Assembly: GCA_031409335.1 (NCBI GenBank)
Contig: JANNWY010000170.1
Location: 1-64,000, forward strand
Reading direction: 5' to 3'
Source: Chthoniobacteraceae bacterium
Lineage (GTDB): Bacteria > Verrucomicrobiota > Verrucomicrobiia > Chthoniobacterales > Chthoniobacteraceae
Length of the DNA: 64,000 nucleotides
Numbering within the stretch: the stretch's first letter is position 1; each line of letters begins with the position of its first letter. Of this stretch, positions 1 through 9,519 are shown piece after piece. The translations under genes and the position numbers were made by a program. The notes beneath the pieces are model-generated. The model was not told the DNA's origin and ran no database searches. It was given only the letters and a program-made list of their open reading frames with translations.

Positions 1-1121
1 GCGGTGAGGGCCGACTCGACGAAATAGAAGCCCACGAGCCGTCCCACCAATCCCGCGCCCAGCGCCGCGCCGACCACGACGAGAGCGCACATGAGGACAT
101 AGTGCGGCGTGATGGACTGGGCGACCTGACCCGAGTCAGTGAAGACGACGCCGATGGCCAGCAGCACGATGCCGACAAAGGCTTTCACGACGAACTTAAA
201 CCACGAGTAGCACCCGCTGATGATGTAAGCGGGGATGATTCCCAAGATATTTCCCAGCGCCACGGCCAAAACCATCCAGGCGAGATTATGCACCGCGGGA
301 ACAAAATGGTTGAGCACCTTTCCAAGGGCATAAAAGCCGCAGGCCACTGCTGCGCCGATGATGAGATTTGGAGGCGAGAAATCGATCTTCGGCTCCTCCT
401 GCACCAAGGATGAGTCTTTCATCAGCTCACCATTGCCGGTCAACGAGGGAAACCATCCGCCGAGGCGATTCAGAAACGCGCCCGCGATGATGGAGAACAC
501 ATTGCCCAGAATGACGGCGGGGACGAACAAGGACATGATCTGTTTCATATCCTGGCCGGTGATGCCGTTGACGACCGAGGCCATCGGCACCGCACCGCCG
601 CCAATGCCGCCGCCGAGGATGGGGAAGCCAATGTTCAACACCAGATCCGCCCAGCCGCGGCCTGTGAACAGACCCACCAGCGCCAGGAGCGCGCAACTGG
701 CGATGACACCACCCGCCACCGGTGCCGCGTAACGCAGTCCGGCTTTGAGCAGCATCTTGGAGTGAATACCGAAGATCGCTCCGGTGATCAGACTGCAGAT
801 GAAGAAGTCGAGGAAGTTGCTGCCCGACTCCTTCATGAAACCGCCAAAGGACTCCACCACCTGCGGCGACAGAACTTTGAAGTGCACCAGTGCCGCTCCC
901 AGGAAAATGAGTAACAAGGGCGAGCCGCCGAGGTAGTCTTTGAGAATGGGAATCCGCTCCCCGAGCGGTTCGAGGATGAGCGCCAGCGGTAAGAGCAGAC
1001 AGGCCGCACCAATGATCCCGGCGGGCATCGCGCCCAGATACATGACCAGGAGGCCCAGGCCGAGCAACAGGAACGCTGGACCGCGGAGGAACTGTTTTTC
1101 AGCAGTGAGATTGGTGGTCAT
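1..1121 (-). CDS. 2-hydroxycarboxylate transporter family protein (CitS/MaeN/CimH-like), 3' end outside window
   Basis: Absent from the ORF track. Manual translation from ATG at 1121 gives MTTNLTAEKQ...GERIPILKDYLGG...NFLDFFICSLITGAIFG...PILGGGIGGGAVPM...PAVILGNVFSII...PSLTGNGELM, hydrophobic with 2HCT-family motifs. Confidence 0.85.
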   Translation of the reverse strand, partial: MTTNLTAEKQFLRGPAFLLLGLGLLVMYLGAMPAGIIGAACLLLPLALILEPLGERIPILKDYLGGSPLLLIFLGAALVHFKVLSPQVVESFGGFMKESGSNFLDFFICSLITGAIFGIHSKMLLKAGLRYAAPVAGGVIASCALLALVGLFTGRGWADLVLNIGFPILGGGIGGGAVPMASVVNGITGQDMKQIMSLFVPAVILGNVFSIIAGAFLNRLGGWFPSLTGNGELMKDSSLVQEEPKIDFSPPNLIIGAAVACGFYALGKVLNHFVPAVHNLAWMVLAVALGNILGIIPAYIISGCYSWFKFVVKAFVGIVLLAIGVVFTDSGQVAQSITPHYVLMCALVVVGAALGAGLVGRLVGFYFVESALT

Positions 1122-1156
1122 GGAGGGATGAGATGAAAAACTGGGGATGACCGATT

Positions 1157-2218
1157 CTAGGTTCCAAGATTCCCAATGATGAGGTCCGTGATGCCGGAAG
1201 TCGTGAGCTTCCCACCCATGTCCGGCGTGCGGTTCGCGGGATCGTCAAAGACGCGCTGCACCGCATTTTCAATCCGCCGCGCGGCACTGACCGTCTGCTC
1301 GTGCCCCAGCCACTCCAGCATCATCGCGGCAGAGAGGATGGTGGCGACGGGATTGGCGATGCCCTTGCCCGCGATGTCCGGCGCCGTGCCGTGTGACGGC
1401 TGAAACACCGCGCAGTCGTCGCCGATGTCACCCGAAGGCGCCATGCCCATGCCGCCGACGAGTCCGCCCGCGAGGTCGCTCAGGATATCGCCGAACATGT
1501 TTTCCGTGACGATCACGTCGAACGTCTGCGGCTTGCGCACGAGGAACAGCGCCATCGCATCCACATAGACACGCTCGGTCGTCACATCGGGATACTCTGT
1601 GGCGATCTCGTCGAAGATGCGGCGGAAAAACACCATGGAGGGCAGCACGTTCGCCTTGTCCACCAGCGTGCAATGACGGCGGCGTTTGCGGGCCAGTTCA
1701 AATGCGAAACGAATCACGCGCTCACAGCCCTTGCGGGTGAGCCGAAGGACATCGCGTGCTTCATCGGTCGAGGGTTGCGTGCTCAGGCGGGCGGAAAAAA
1801 GTCCCTCCGTATTTTCACGCACAATCACGAAATCAATCTCCCCCGCCTGATAGCCTTTCAGCGGCGTGTCGTTGCCATGGTAGAGCTTGATCGGGCGCGG
1901 GCCGGCGTAGAGATCGAGCTTCTCGCGGAGATCGATCTGCGGCGTCATCTCCTTGCCGTCGGGCCAGCGCACGCTCGGCAGGCCCATCGCACCCAGCAGC
2001 ACGGCATCGGCCTTCGCGCATGCATCCAGCGTGGTCGCCGGGAGCGGATCGCCGCTGCGCAGATACTCAGCGGCCCCGACCGCGTGTTCCTGGAAGGCAA
2101 ACTTCACTCCGGCCAGTTGCGGCTCGATGGCCCCGAGCACGCGCACCGCTTCGCGCGTCACGTCCACCCCGATGCCGTCGCCGGGGAGGACTGCGATTTG
2201 GAAGGTGATCATCGACAT
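1157..2218 (-). CDS. Isocitrate/isopropylmalate/tartrate dehydrogenase family (beta-decarboxylating dehydrogenase)
   Basis: [47 protein letters not shown] motifs. Start trimmed to MSMITF. Confidence 0.92.
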   Translation of the reverse strand: MSMITFQIAVLPGDGIGVDVTREAVRVLGAIEPQLAGVKFAFQEHAVGAAEYLRSGDPLPATTLDACAKADAVLLGAMGLPSVRWPDGKEMTPQIDLREKLDLYAGPRPIKLYHGNDTPLKGYQAGEIDFVIVRENTEGLFSARLSTQPSTDEARDVLRLTRKGCERVIRFAFELARKRRRHCTLVDKANVLPSMVFFRRIFDEIATEYPDVTTERVYVDAMALFLVRKPQTFDVIVTENMFGDILSDLAGGLVGGMGMAPSGDIGDDCAVFQPSHGTAPDIAGKGIANPVATILSAAMMLEWLGHEQTVSAARRIENAVQRVFDDPANRTPDMGGKLTTSGITDLIIGNLGT

Positions 2219-2311
2219 GCTGGCAATGTGCTCCGCAGCGCCGCTGCGGGTCCATGTGGGATTCCGTATTTGTCCTGTGCTTTTGCGGCAGGCCGGCGCA
2301 CCCTTTCCGCC

Positions 2312-3472
2312 ATGCCGCCACGCCTCCGCACCCGTCCCGTGGTCGCGCTCCTCGTCGAGACTTCCAATGCCTTCAGCCGCGAACTGCTCCACGGCGTGCG
2401 CGACTGGATGCGGGAGCACGGGGCGTGGGCCATTCACCTCTCCGAGCAGGGGCGCGGCAGCACCCCTCCCCCGTGGCTGCGGCGCTGGCGTGGCGATGGC
2501 ATCATCGCGCGGGTCGAGACGCGGCCGATCGCTCGCGCCGTCCGCGCATGTGGCGTGCCGGTGGTGAACGTGAGCGCCGCCGGGCACGCCGCGGAATTTC
2601 CCACGGTGATCAGCGACAGCGCGGCCATCGCGGATGCCGCGGCCCGGCATCTCGTCGAGCGCGGGCTGCGCGCCTTCGGGTATTGCGGCGATGCGCGTTT
2701 CGCGTGGTCCGCGACTCACGGCGCACACTTTGCGGCGACCCTGCGGGTGCGCGGATTTCCCTGCCACATGTATCCCGCCGCTCCGGGCGATCACGCCGAC
2801 TGGAGCCGCGAGCAGCGCAAGCTCGGCGCGTGGTTGAGGGAATTGCCGAGGCCATGCGGCGTGATGGCCTGCTACGACATCCGCGGCCAGCAGGTGCTCG
2901 ACGTGTGCCGGGCGCTGCAGCTCCGCGTGCCCGAAGACGTGGCCGTAATCGGGCAGCACAATGACGAACTGCTCTGCGAACTCTGCGAGCCGCCCCTCAC
3001 CAGCGTGATCCCCGACGCCCGCCGCATCGGCCACGCCGCGGCGCACACGCTCCACGCGCTGATGCGGGGCCGGCGTGCGAAATCCGTGCAGCGCATCCCG
3101 CCGCTCGGGGTCGCCGGGCGTCAATCCACCGACCTCGTGGCGGTCGATGATCCGCGCCTCGCGAGCGCCCTGCGCTACCTCCGCGCGCACGCGCTGGAGC
3201 CGATCGGGGTGGACGATATCGCACGCGCCGCCGGCATGTCGCGCTCGCTGCTCGAGCGCCGTTTCCGCGCGACCTTCGGCGACAGTCCGTGGAATTTCGC
3301 CCTGCGCCTCCGCACGGAAGCCGCGCGCACTTTACTCACCACCACGCCACTCGCCTTCGTCGAGATCGCTGAGCGCACGGGCTTCGTCACTGCCGAACAT
3401 CTCAGCGCGATGCTCCGGCGGCTCACCGGCCAGACCCCGGGACAAATCCGCACGCAAGCGGGCCGTCGGTAG
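2312..3472 (+). CDS. XylR-type regulator (periplasmic-binding-like sensor domain plus C-terminal AraC HTH)
   Basis: VALLVETSNAFSRELLHG N-terminus, PPLTSV, AraC HTH GMSRSLLERRF...EIAERTGF. Divergent from the dehydrogenase. Confidence 0.9.
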   Translation: MPPRLRTRPVVALLVETSNAFSRELLHGVRDWMREHGAWAIHLSEQGRGSTPPPWLRRWRGDGIIARVETRPIARAVRACGVPVVNVSAAGHAAEFPTVISDSAAIADAAARHLVERGLRAFGYCGDARFAWSATHGAHFAATLRVRGFPCHMYPAAPGDHADWSREQRKLGAWLRELPRPCGVMACYDIRGQQVLDVCRALQLRVPEDVAVIGQHNDELLCELCEPPLTSVIPDARRIGHAAAHTLHALMRGRRAKSVQRIPPLGVAGRQSTDLVAVDDPRLASALRYLRAHALEPIGVDDIARAAGMSRSLLERRFRATFGDSPWNFALRLRTEAARTLLTTTPLAFVEIAERTGFVTAEHLSAMLRRLTGQTPGQIRTQAGRR

Positions 3473-3649
3473 GTGCCCGCTGCGACCCTCCGCATGGGCC
3501 CCACGTCCGACGCGGAGCGCGGGTCGGGAGCAGAGGATCCCCCGCCCCAAATAGATCCCGGGGGGCGACGGCGCCGCCCCTCCTGAATCGCGCCGCCAGT
3601 TCATCGGCACCCGACAACTGCCCTGGGGCGGGGTCGGTTGTGCCCATTT

Positions 3650-3873
3650 TTACACGGCGGGTGCATCTTGCAGCCAACACATCGCGCCGCATTCGTGCGT
3701 GAACGTAACATTGCACGCGAGGTCGGTGAACGGATTTGGCTTTGTGTCGCGCTCGCGTGCGAACGGCCCGTCGAGCGTGAGCGTGACCTTGTGCCACTGC
3801 TTCAATTCGCCGTTCACCGTCGCCGCGCCAGCGCGAGAAGCAGGAAGCGAATGAATGGCAGGGACGGTTTCAT
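3650..3873 (-). pseudogene. Frameshifted, truncated 5' remnant of a secreted DUF5060-like protein
   Basis: Signal-peptide-like MKPSLPFIRFLLLALA, then in a shifted frame AATVNGELKQWHKVTLTLDGPFARERDTKPNPFTDLACNVTFTHE followed soon by a stop. Family assigned from motif recollection. Confidence 0.6.
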
Positions 3874-4147
3874 AAAACGTTTGGCGGTCAATTGCTGCGC
3901 GGGCTTTTGCGCGTTGCCGGGAGCGTATTCGCCGCTCGCCTTTTCGAGCGTGGCGGCGACATGGGCTTTGTTTTCGCGGTCTGCGAAATCTGGCATGAAA
4001 GGCTCACTGGTGCGGCGCATGAGGACAACGAGACTGTTCCGTGCGGCTTGGATTTCCTCGCGGCGCGTGCAGCGGCTACAGTCTCGTTCGTGTCCGGAGC
4101 TTTGTTGCCACCGGCTCGCCGCAAGGCTCTTCGCGCCTCCGCCTGCG

Positions 4148-5077
4148 CTAAGGCGTGGACAGGTTTTTTAGAATCGGATTCAATTCATCGAGGAGCAGCC
4201 GGACACGCGCGCGCTCGGGTTCATGGAAACGCTGGAAGGGCTCGGCCATGAAATCATCGCAGATGCCGGAGAGCGCGAGCGCGCCTTTGATCCCTTTGAT
4301 GATGGCGGAACTGTGTCGGCCGATGCGGTAGAGTCCTTCGCTGACGCGCATCACCAGTGCGTGCAGTTCGCGGACGCGGGCGAGGTCGCCGGTGTGCGCG
4401 GCCTCGAAGAGTTTCACGTAGAGCTGCGGGAAAAGATTCGCGCCGCCGTTCACGCCGCCGTGCGCTCCAGCGAGCACGGAGTCGGCGAGCATTTCCTCGG
4501 GGCCGACGAGCACGGGCCAGTCGGGGCGGTGCGGCAGCAGGGCGAGGATGCGGTGCAGGTAAATCATGCTGCACGAGCTGTCCTTGAGTCCGATGATGCG
4601 CGGCTCGTCCATCGCGCGGCGCACGGTCTCGGGTTCCATCGCGACCTTGGTAAGGGCGGGCATGTTGTAGAGAAAGAGCGGGAGCGGCAGCTCGGGCACG
4701 AGGTGGTCGAGGTATTCCTGCAACTCCGGCTGCGCTTCCGGCAGATAATACGGCGGCGCGACGACGAGCGAATCGGCGCCCGCATCGGCGGACCAGCGCG
4801 CGACGTTGAGCGATTCTTGAAACGCGGTGTCGGTGATGCCAACGAGCACGGGCACTCGGCCTTTCACTTGGCGGCAGGTGCGCTCGATGAGTTCCTTGCG
4901 CAGCCGGTAGCTGAGGCTCGGGCCTTCACCGGTGGTGCCGAGGATGAAGAGTCCATGCACGCCGCCGGCGAGGATGTGCTCGATGAGACGCTCGAGTCCG
5001 GCCAGGTCAAGCGCGTCGCGGTCGCGCAATGGTGTAACCATGGGAGGGATGATGCCGTGATATTTTGGTAGTGTCAT
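4148..5077 (-). CDS. DHDPS/NanA-family class I aldolase/lyase
   Basis: GIIPPMVTP, GTTGE, LYNMP (Tyr), IIGLKDSS (Schiff-base Lys). ATGA overlap with the MFS stop. Confidence 0.92.
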   Translation of the reverse strand: MTLPKYHGIIPPMVTPLRDRDALDLAGLERLIEHILAGGVHGLFILGTTGEGPSLSYRLRKELIERTCRQVKGRVPVLVGITDTAFQESLNVARWSADAGADSLVVAPPYYLPEAQPELQEYLDHLVPELPLPLFLYNMPALTKVAMEPETVRRAMDEPRIIGLKDSSCSMIYLHRILALLPHRPDWPVLVGPEEMLADSVLAGAHGGVNGGANLFPQLYVKLFEAAHTGDLARVRELHALVMRVSEGLYRIGRHSSAIIKGIKGALALSGICDDFMAEPFQRFHEPERARVRLLLDELNPILKNLSTP

Positions 5078-6318
5078 TTTGAGTCGGTGGAGGTGCTGGG
5101 GCGGATGAGCAGGACGATGAAGACGGAGAGCAACGCCAAGCCCGCAAACGAGCCGAAGATGACGTTGAGCGGAACATGGCGGTCGCGCAGCACGCCGAAG
5201 CCCCAGTCGCCAAACCCGCCGCACGAGATGCTGACAAGGTTCATGATTCCGTAGCCGGTCGCCCGCCATTCGGGTCGCGCGATTTGGCAAAGGATGGGCA
5301 TGTTATTGCAGTCGAAAAATCCCCAGCCGAAGCCGAAGACGATGAGCCCGGCGATGGCCATCGGGAGCGTGCTGGCATTGCCGACGCTGAAGAGCGCGGG
5401 CAGAAAAAGCACCATGCCGATGGCGCTGGTAAAGATGCGACCGCGCGGCGTCGTGCGCATCCAGCGGTCGGCGAGCGTGCCCCCGATGACGACGCCGATG
5501 AGCGACGCGATTTGCACGTAGAGGATTGCGCTCATGCCGGCTTTGCCTTGGCCGAGGTTGAACTTCTCTCGAAGAATCTCGGGCATCCAATCGCGCACCA
5601 CCCAGCCCGCGATGGCCGGGAGCGTGAAGTAGAGCACGAGCAGGAGGAAATTGCGGTTGCCGAGCAAGCCGCGAAAAACGTTCTCGGTCGGTGCGGAATT
5701 TCCACCTGCGACGGGAGCGGACGTGGAGCGCGTCGGGTCGCGGAGCAGCGCCAGCAGCGGCAGTGCGTAGATGACGCCAATCATGCCGCAGGTGGTGAAC
5801 GCCCAGCGCCAGCCGTGGTCCGGCGAATCGGCGACGTAGCCCGCAAAACCGCCGAGGATTTGCCCGACATAAATGCCTGCCTGATGCACGCCCACCGCGC
5901 GCGACCGGGTGAAGCCGGTGTGGTATTCCGAAATCAACGCCAGCGCCGTGGGGATGTAAAACGCCTCGCTCACGCCCATCAGCGCACGCGCCGCGATGAG
6001 TTCGTTGAACGACGTGACGTGCCCGGTCCACCACGTCACCGCCGACCACACAAACAGGCTCGCGCCGATGACGAGCCGCTTGCTCACGCGGTCTGCGATG
6101 TAGCCGCCAAACGGACTGAGCAGCGCGTAAGTCCATTTGAAACACGCGAGCACCATGCCCCAGTCCGCCTTGTTCGCGATGCTCGGGATGTCGCCGACCA
6201 TCGAGGCCTTCATCGTCGCGAGCATCTGCCGGTCGAGGTAGTTCAGCAGCGCGACGGGGAAAAGCAGCATGACGACGAACCACGCAAAGCGCAGTGGATT
6301 GGCAGTCGTGTTATTCAT
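5074..6318 (-). CDS. MFS transporter resembling Bacteroides-type NanT sugar-acid permeases
   Basis: [34 protein letters not shown] motifs, many hydrophobic segments. Confidence 0.88.
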   Translation of the reverse strand: MNNTTANPLRFAWFVVMLLFPVALLNYLDRQMLATMKASMVGDIPSIANKADWGMVLACFKWTYALLSPFGGYIADRVSKRLVIGASLFVWSAVTWWTGHVTSFNELIAARALMGVSEAFYIPTALALISEYHTGFTRSRAVGVHQAGIYVGQILGGFAGYVADSPDHGWRWAFTTCGMIGVIYALPLLALLRDPTRSTSAPVAGGNSAPTENVFRGLLGNRNFLLLVLYFTLPAIAGWVVRDWMPEILREKFNLGQGKAGMSAILYVQIASLIGVVIGGTLADRWMRTTPRGRIFTSAIGMVLFLPALFSVGNASTLPMAIAGLIVFGFGWGFFDCNNMPILCQIARPEWRATGYGIMNLVSISCGGFGDWGFGVLRDRHVPLNVIFGSFAGLALLSVFIVLLIRPSTSTDSK

Positions 6319-7939
6319 GAGCCTGCTCGCGGTTTTTGTTTCCACAGACATTCACGCGGATGCCCAACGCACGGGCGAATGCGGCTTTGGAAAACATGCA
6401 CTCGTCCGCACCCTTCGCGTCTTTCGCGTAGGCGACTTGGATGTGATTTGCCTGATGCTTCGCCATGAGTTGGTCGCGCGAAACGCCATAGGTCACGGCG
6501 TGCATGATGGGCCATTGCGGCGTGGTGGCCTGCCAGCGGCGCTCGGTTTCCTCTCGCGGCAAAGACACAACTGCGCCACGCCCGATGTCCATGTGCAGCG
6601 ACTCGTTCTCGACGTAGATGCGCGACCAGACGAGTTCCCCGGGTTTGCTGATGCCACGAAGCGTGGAGCCGCCATTTGGAAAATACATCGCGGGTTGGCG
6701 GAAACCTTCCGCGCCGCGCCAACCGCCGATGAAATGCGCGGGCGGCGCGGCTCCGCTGATGAGGAAAACCCACACGTATTCGCCATCGAACTCTGCGCCC
6801 CATCGCACGTCGTGCAGCGTGTTCTCCACCGGCTGGCCGAGCGCTGCGTGGACGCGCTGTGTCAGCAACCCGTCGAGTCCCGAGCACTCATCCACTTCGT
6901 TGAAATGCGTGACGGGCTGTCCGCGATAGAGCACGCGCTTTCCATCGCGCGATTTCACCGGCGGTCGGTCGGCATTGTTGAGCGTGCCCTCGACGAGGTC
7001 GCTCGCAGGCAGGAGGTCTTTCAGCCCCTGCTGATACTGGATGCCGATGGTGTCACAGCCGAAGTCGTCCGCGATGCGCACAGCGGCGACATACATTTTG
7101 CACTGGAGGCGAATCTGCGCGTCGGTCAGGTCGGTCGCGTGCTTCGGGCCGGTGTGGAATTTCATGCCCTTCTTCTCCAGCCACGCGCGCACCGCATCGG
7201 CCTCGGCATCCGGCACGCGCATCGTCTCGGCGTAGAGCGCGGACTGACTGAGCCGCTCTTTGAACACGCCGCACGCGTGCAGCGCGTGGTCGGGAGTGAT
7301 GGCGTTGAACATGCCCATGCAGCCTTCATCGAACACACCCATGATGGCTTTCTCGCTGCGGAGTTGCGCGGCGAGTTGTTTGCCGAGGTTTGCGGCGCGC
7401 TTTGGCACGCGCACTTTCTCCAGCGGACGCGCGTGCGAAATATCGTGCGTGATACGCCCGGTCTTGAGCCATTGCCGGAGCTTGGTGCGGAAAAAAGCAT
7501 CGGTGAAATCTTCGCTCCACAGCGTCGAGTAACGCACGCCGGCCTTCGTGAGAGAGCCGTTGAGATTTAACATCCCGACGAGTCCCGGCCACTGGCCGCT
7601 CCAATTTGCCACGGTGAGAATCGGCCCGCGATGCGTCGTGAGGCCAGCGAGGACGTGATGCGAATACTGCCACACGGCCTCGGCCACGATGAGCGGCGCG
7701 TCGGGGTCCACGTTGCGAAAAACTTCGAGTCCCATTTTCTGCGAATCAATGAAGCCATGCTTCGCCTTCGCATTGAAAGGATGCGCACGAACGACGCTGA
7801 AGCCCTCCGCCTTGAGTGCCGCAACGAGCGCCTTTTCCATCGCAACCTGCGCGGGCCAGCAGACTTGGTTTGCAGTGAGCCGGAGGTCGCCGCTGGCGAT
7901 GAGTTGGACTTGGTTTTTCTTGAGTCGCGTAGGTTTCAT
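6311..7939 (-). CDS. L-fucose/D-arabinose isomerase-like protein
   Basis: [38 protein letters not shown] motifs typical of the fucose-isomerase fold. Confidence 0.8.
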   Translation of the reverse strand: MKPTRLKKNQVQLIASGDLRLTANQVCWPAQVAMEKALVAALKAEGFSVVRAHPFNAKAKHGFIDSQKMGLEVFRNVDPDAPLIVAEAVWQYSHHVLAGLTTHRGPILTVANWSGQWPGLVGMLNLNGSLTKAGVRYSTLWSEDFTDAFFRTKLRQWLKTGRITHDISHARPLEKVRVPKRAANLGKQLAAQLRSEKAIMGVFDEGCMGMFNAITPDHALHACGVFKERLSQSALYAETMRVPDAEADAVRAWLEKKGMKFHTGPKHATDLTDAQIRLQCKMYVAAVRIADDFGCDTIGIQYQQGLKDLLPASDLVEGTLNNADRPPVKSRDGKRVLYRGQPVTHFNEVDECSGLDGLLTQRVHAALGQPVENTLHDVRWGAEFDGEYVWVFLISGAAPPAHFIGGWRGAEGFRQPAMYFPNGGSTLRGISKPGELVWSRIYVENESLHMDIGRGAVVSLPREETERRWQATTPQWPIMHAVTYGVSRDQLMAKHQANHIQVAYAKDAKGADECMFSKAAFARALGIRVNVCGNKNREQAHE

Positions 7940-9519
7940 TTCGTGGTCTTGGCTGAAAGGAAATCGCCGAGCCGCCGATACTCGCGGTAGAGCGCGTCGT
8001 AGGCGGCGCGATGCTTCCGGTTCGGCTTGAAAACAACCGCACTTTTTCGCACTGCCATCGCGCGAATGGCGTCGCCGGGTGATGCAAATGCACCCGCAGC
8101 AAGCGCGCCAAGAATCGCCGCACCGAGCGCGGGACCTTGCTTGCTCGGATGCACGGTGATGCTTTCGCCGAGCACGTCGGCATACACTTGCACGACGAGC
8201 GGGTTGTGATGTGGCAGTCCGCCGGTCGCGACGAATATCCGCACGGGCACACCGCCGTCGCGGAGCAGTTCGACAATCCAGCGGACGCCAAATGCCGAGG
8301 CTTCGAGCAGCGCGCGGTAGAGATGCGCGGGCCGATGATGCAGCGCGAGTCCGGTAAACGCACCGTGCAGCGAACCGTCCATGAGCGGTGTGCGGCAGCC
8401 GTTAAACCAATCCACGCACCTCACACCTTCCGCACCTGGCGGCAGCGTTGCGGCCTCGCTGCCGAGCGCGGAAAAATCGCGCTGGCCGGTGAGCTTGCGC
8501 AGCCAGTCGAACGCATCGCCGACCGCCGCCTGCCCGGTTTCGTAGCCGTAGAAACCGGGGACGATTCCGTCTTTTACCACGCCCGCGACACCGGGCACGC
8601 TACGCTCCACTTCGCTGTTCAGCATGTGGCACGAGCTTGTGCCCATCACCATCACCAGCGTGCCGGCATCCGCCGCGCCTGCTCCGGGAACGCCCGCGTG
8701 AGCATCAATGATGGCAGCACTGACCGGCGTGCCTTCACGCAGACCAAATTTCTTCGCCATCGCCGCCGTAACGCCACCCGCCGAAACACCCGGCGCGAGC
8801 AGACGGCCCGGCATTTTTTCCGCGACGACACGCGCAAACTTCGGATTCACCGCGCGCAGAAAATCTTCCGATGGATAACCGTCCGTCGCGCTCCACATGC
8901 CCTTGTATCCGGCCTGACAAGTCGAACGCGGCAGCGATTCCGCCGCGCCGCCAACGAGCTGCCACACAAACCAATCGCCCGCTTCGAGCCACACGTCCGC
9001 TGCGGCGTATGCGCGCGGGGCGAGTTCGAGCGTCTCCAGCATCTTCGGGAAAAACCATTCGAGCCCGATCCTACCGCCGTAGCGTTCGAGAAAACTTTCG
9101 CCGCGCTCGCGGGCGACGGAATTGATACGGTCCGTCTGCGCCTGCGCGCCGTGATGTTTCCAAAGCTTCGGCCACGCCAGAGGCTCGGCGGCAAAGTCTT
9201 TCAGCAGACAAAGCGGCGTGCCATCGCGCTTCGTCGGCAGCATCGTGCAACTCGTGAAATCGACGCCGACACCGAGCACCTCGGCGTTTCCGGCGGCACG
9301 CAACGCTGCGCGCGTCGCCTTCGCGGCGGAGTCGAGCCAGTCGAGCGGATGCTGGAGCGCATACTGAGGCGGCAGTTTTTTTTGCGAGCCGGGCAGCGAC
9401 TCGATGATTTGCCCATGCGGATACTTCGCCACAGCGGAAGCAAGCTCCCGCCCGCGCAAATCCACGAGCACCGCGCGCACGCTCTCCGTGCCGAAATCGA
9501 GACCGAGGGCCGCTTTCAT
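7936..9519 (-). CDS. araB: Ribulokinase (FGGY family)
   Basis: [64 protein letters not shown]. Confidence 0.88.
   Translation of the reverse strand: MKAALGLDFGTESVRAVLVDLRGRELASAVAKYPHGQIIESLPGSQKKLPPQYALQHPLDWLDSAAKATRAALRAAGNAEVLGVGVDFTSCTMLPTKRDGTPLCLLKDFAAEPLAWPKLWKHHGAQAQTDRINSVARERGESFLERYGGRIGLEWFFPKMLETLELAPRAYAAADVWLEAGDWFVWQLVGGAAESLPRSTCQAGYKGMWSATDGYPSEDFLRAVNPKFARVVAEKMPGRLLAPGVSAGGVTAAMAKKFGLREGTPVSAAIIDAHAGVPGAGAADAGTLVMVMGTSSCHMLNSEVERSVPGVAGVVKDGIVPGFYGYETGQAAVGDAFDWLRKLTGQRDFSALGSEAATLPPGAEGVRCVDWFNGCRTPLMDGSLHGAFTGLALHHRPAHLYRALLEASAFGVRWIVELLRDGGVPVRIFVATGGLPHHNPLVVQVYADVLGESITVHPSKQGPALGAAILGALAAGAFASPGDAIRAMAVRKSAVVFKPNRKHRAAYDALYREYRRLGDFLSAKTTK

Noticed and set aside
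2219..3190. Long N-terminal extensions in the ORF track (677-aa dehydrogenase, 599-aa XylR, and similar cases at 9516-11699, 23628-26174, 54143-56845)
   Set aside because: The extensions overlap neighbouring genes or promoters. Family motifs and signal peptides begin at downstream starts, so these are not fusions.
3563..3583. Possible GGAG-type REP arm (gggcgacggcgccgcccctcc) and nearby GC hairpins
   Set aside because: Single, without a clear inverted partner or second copy in the window.
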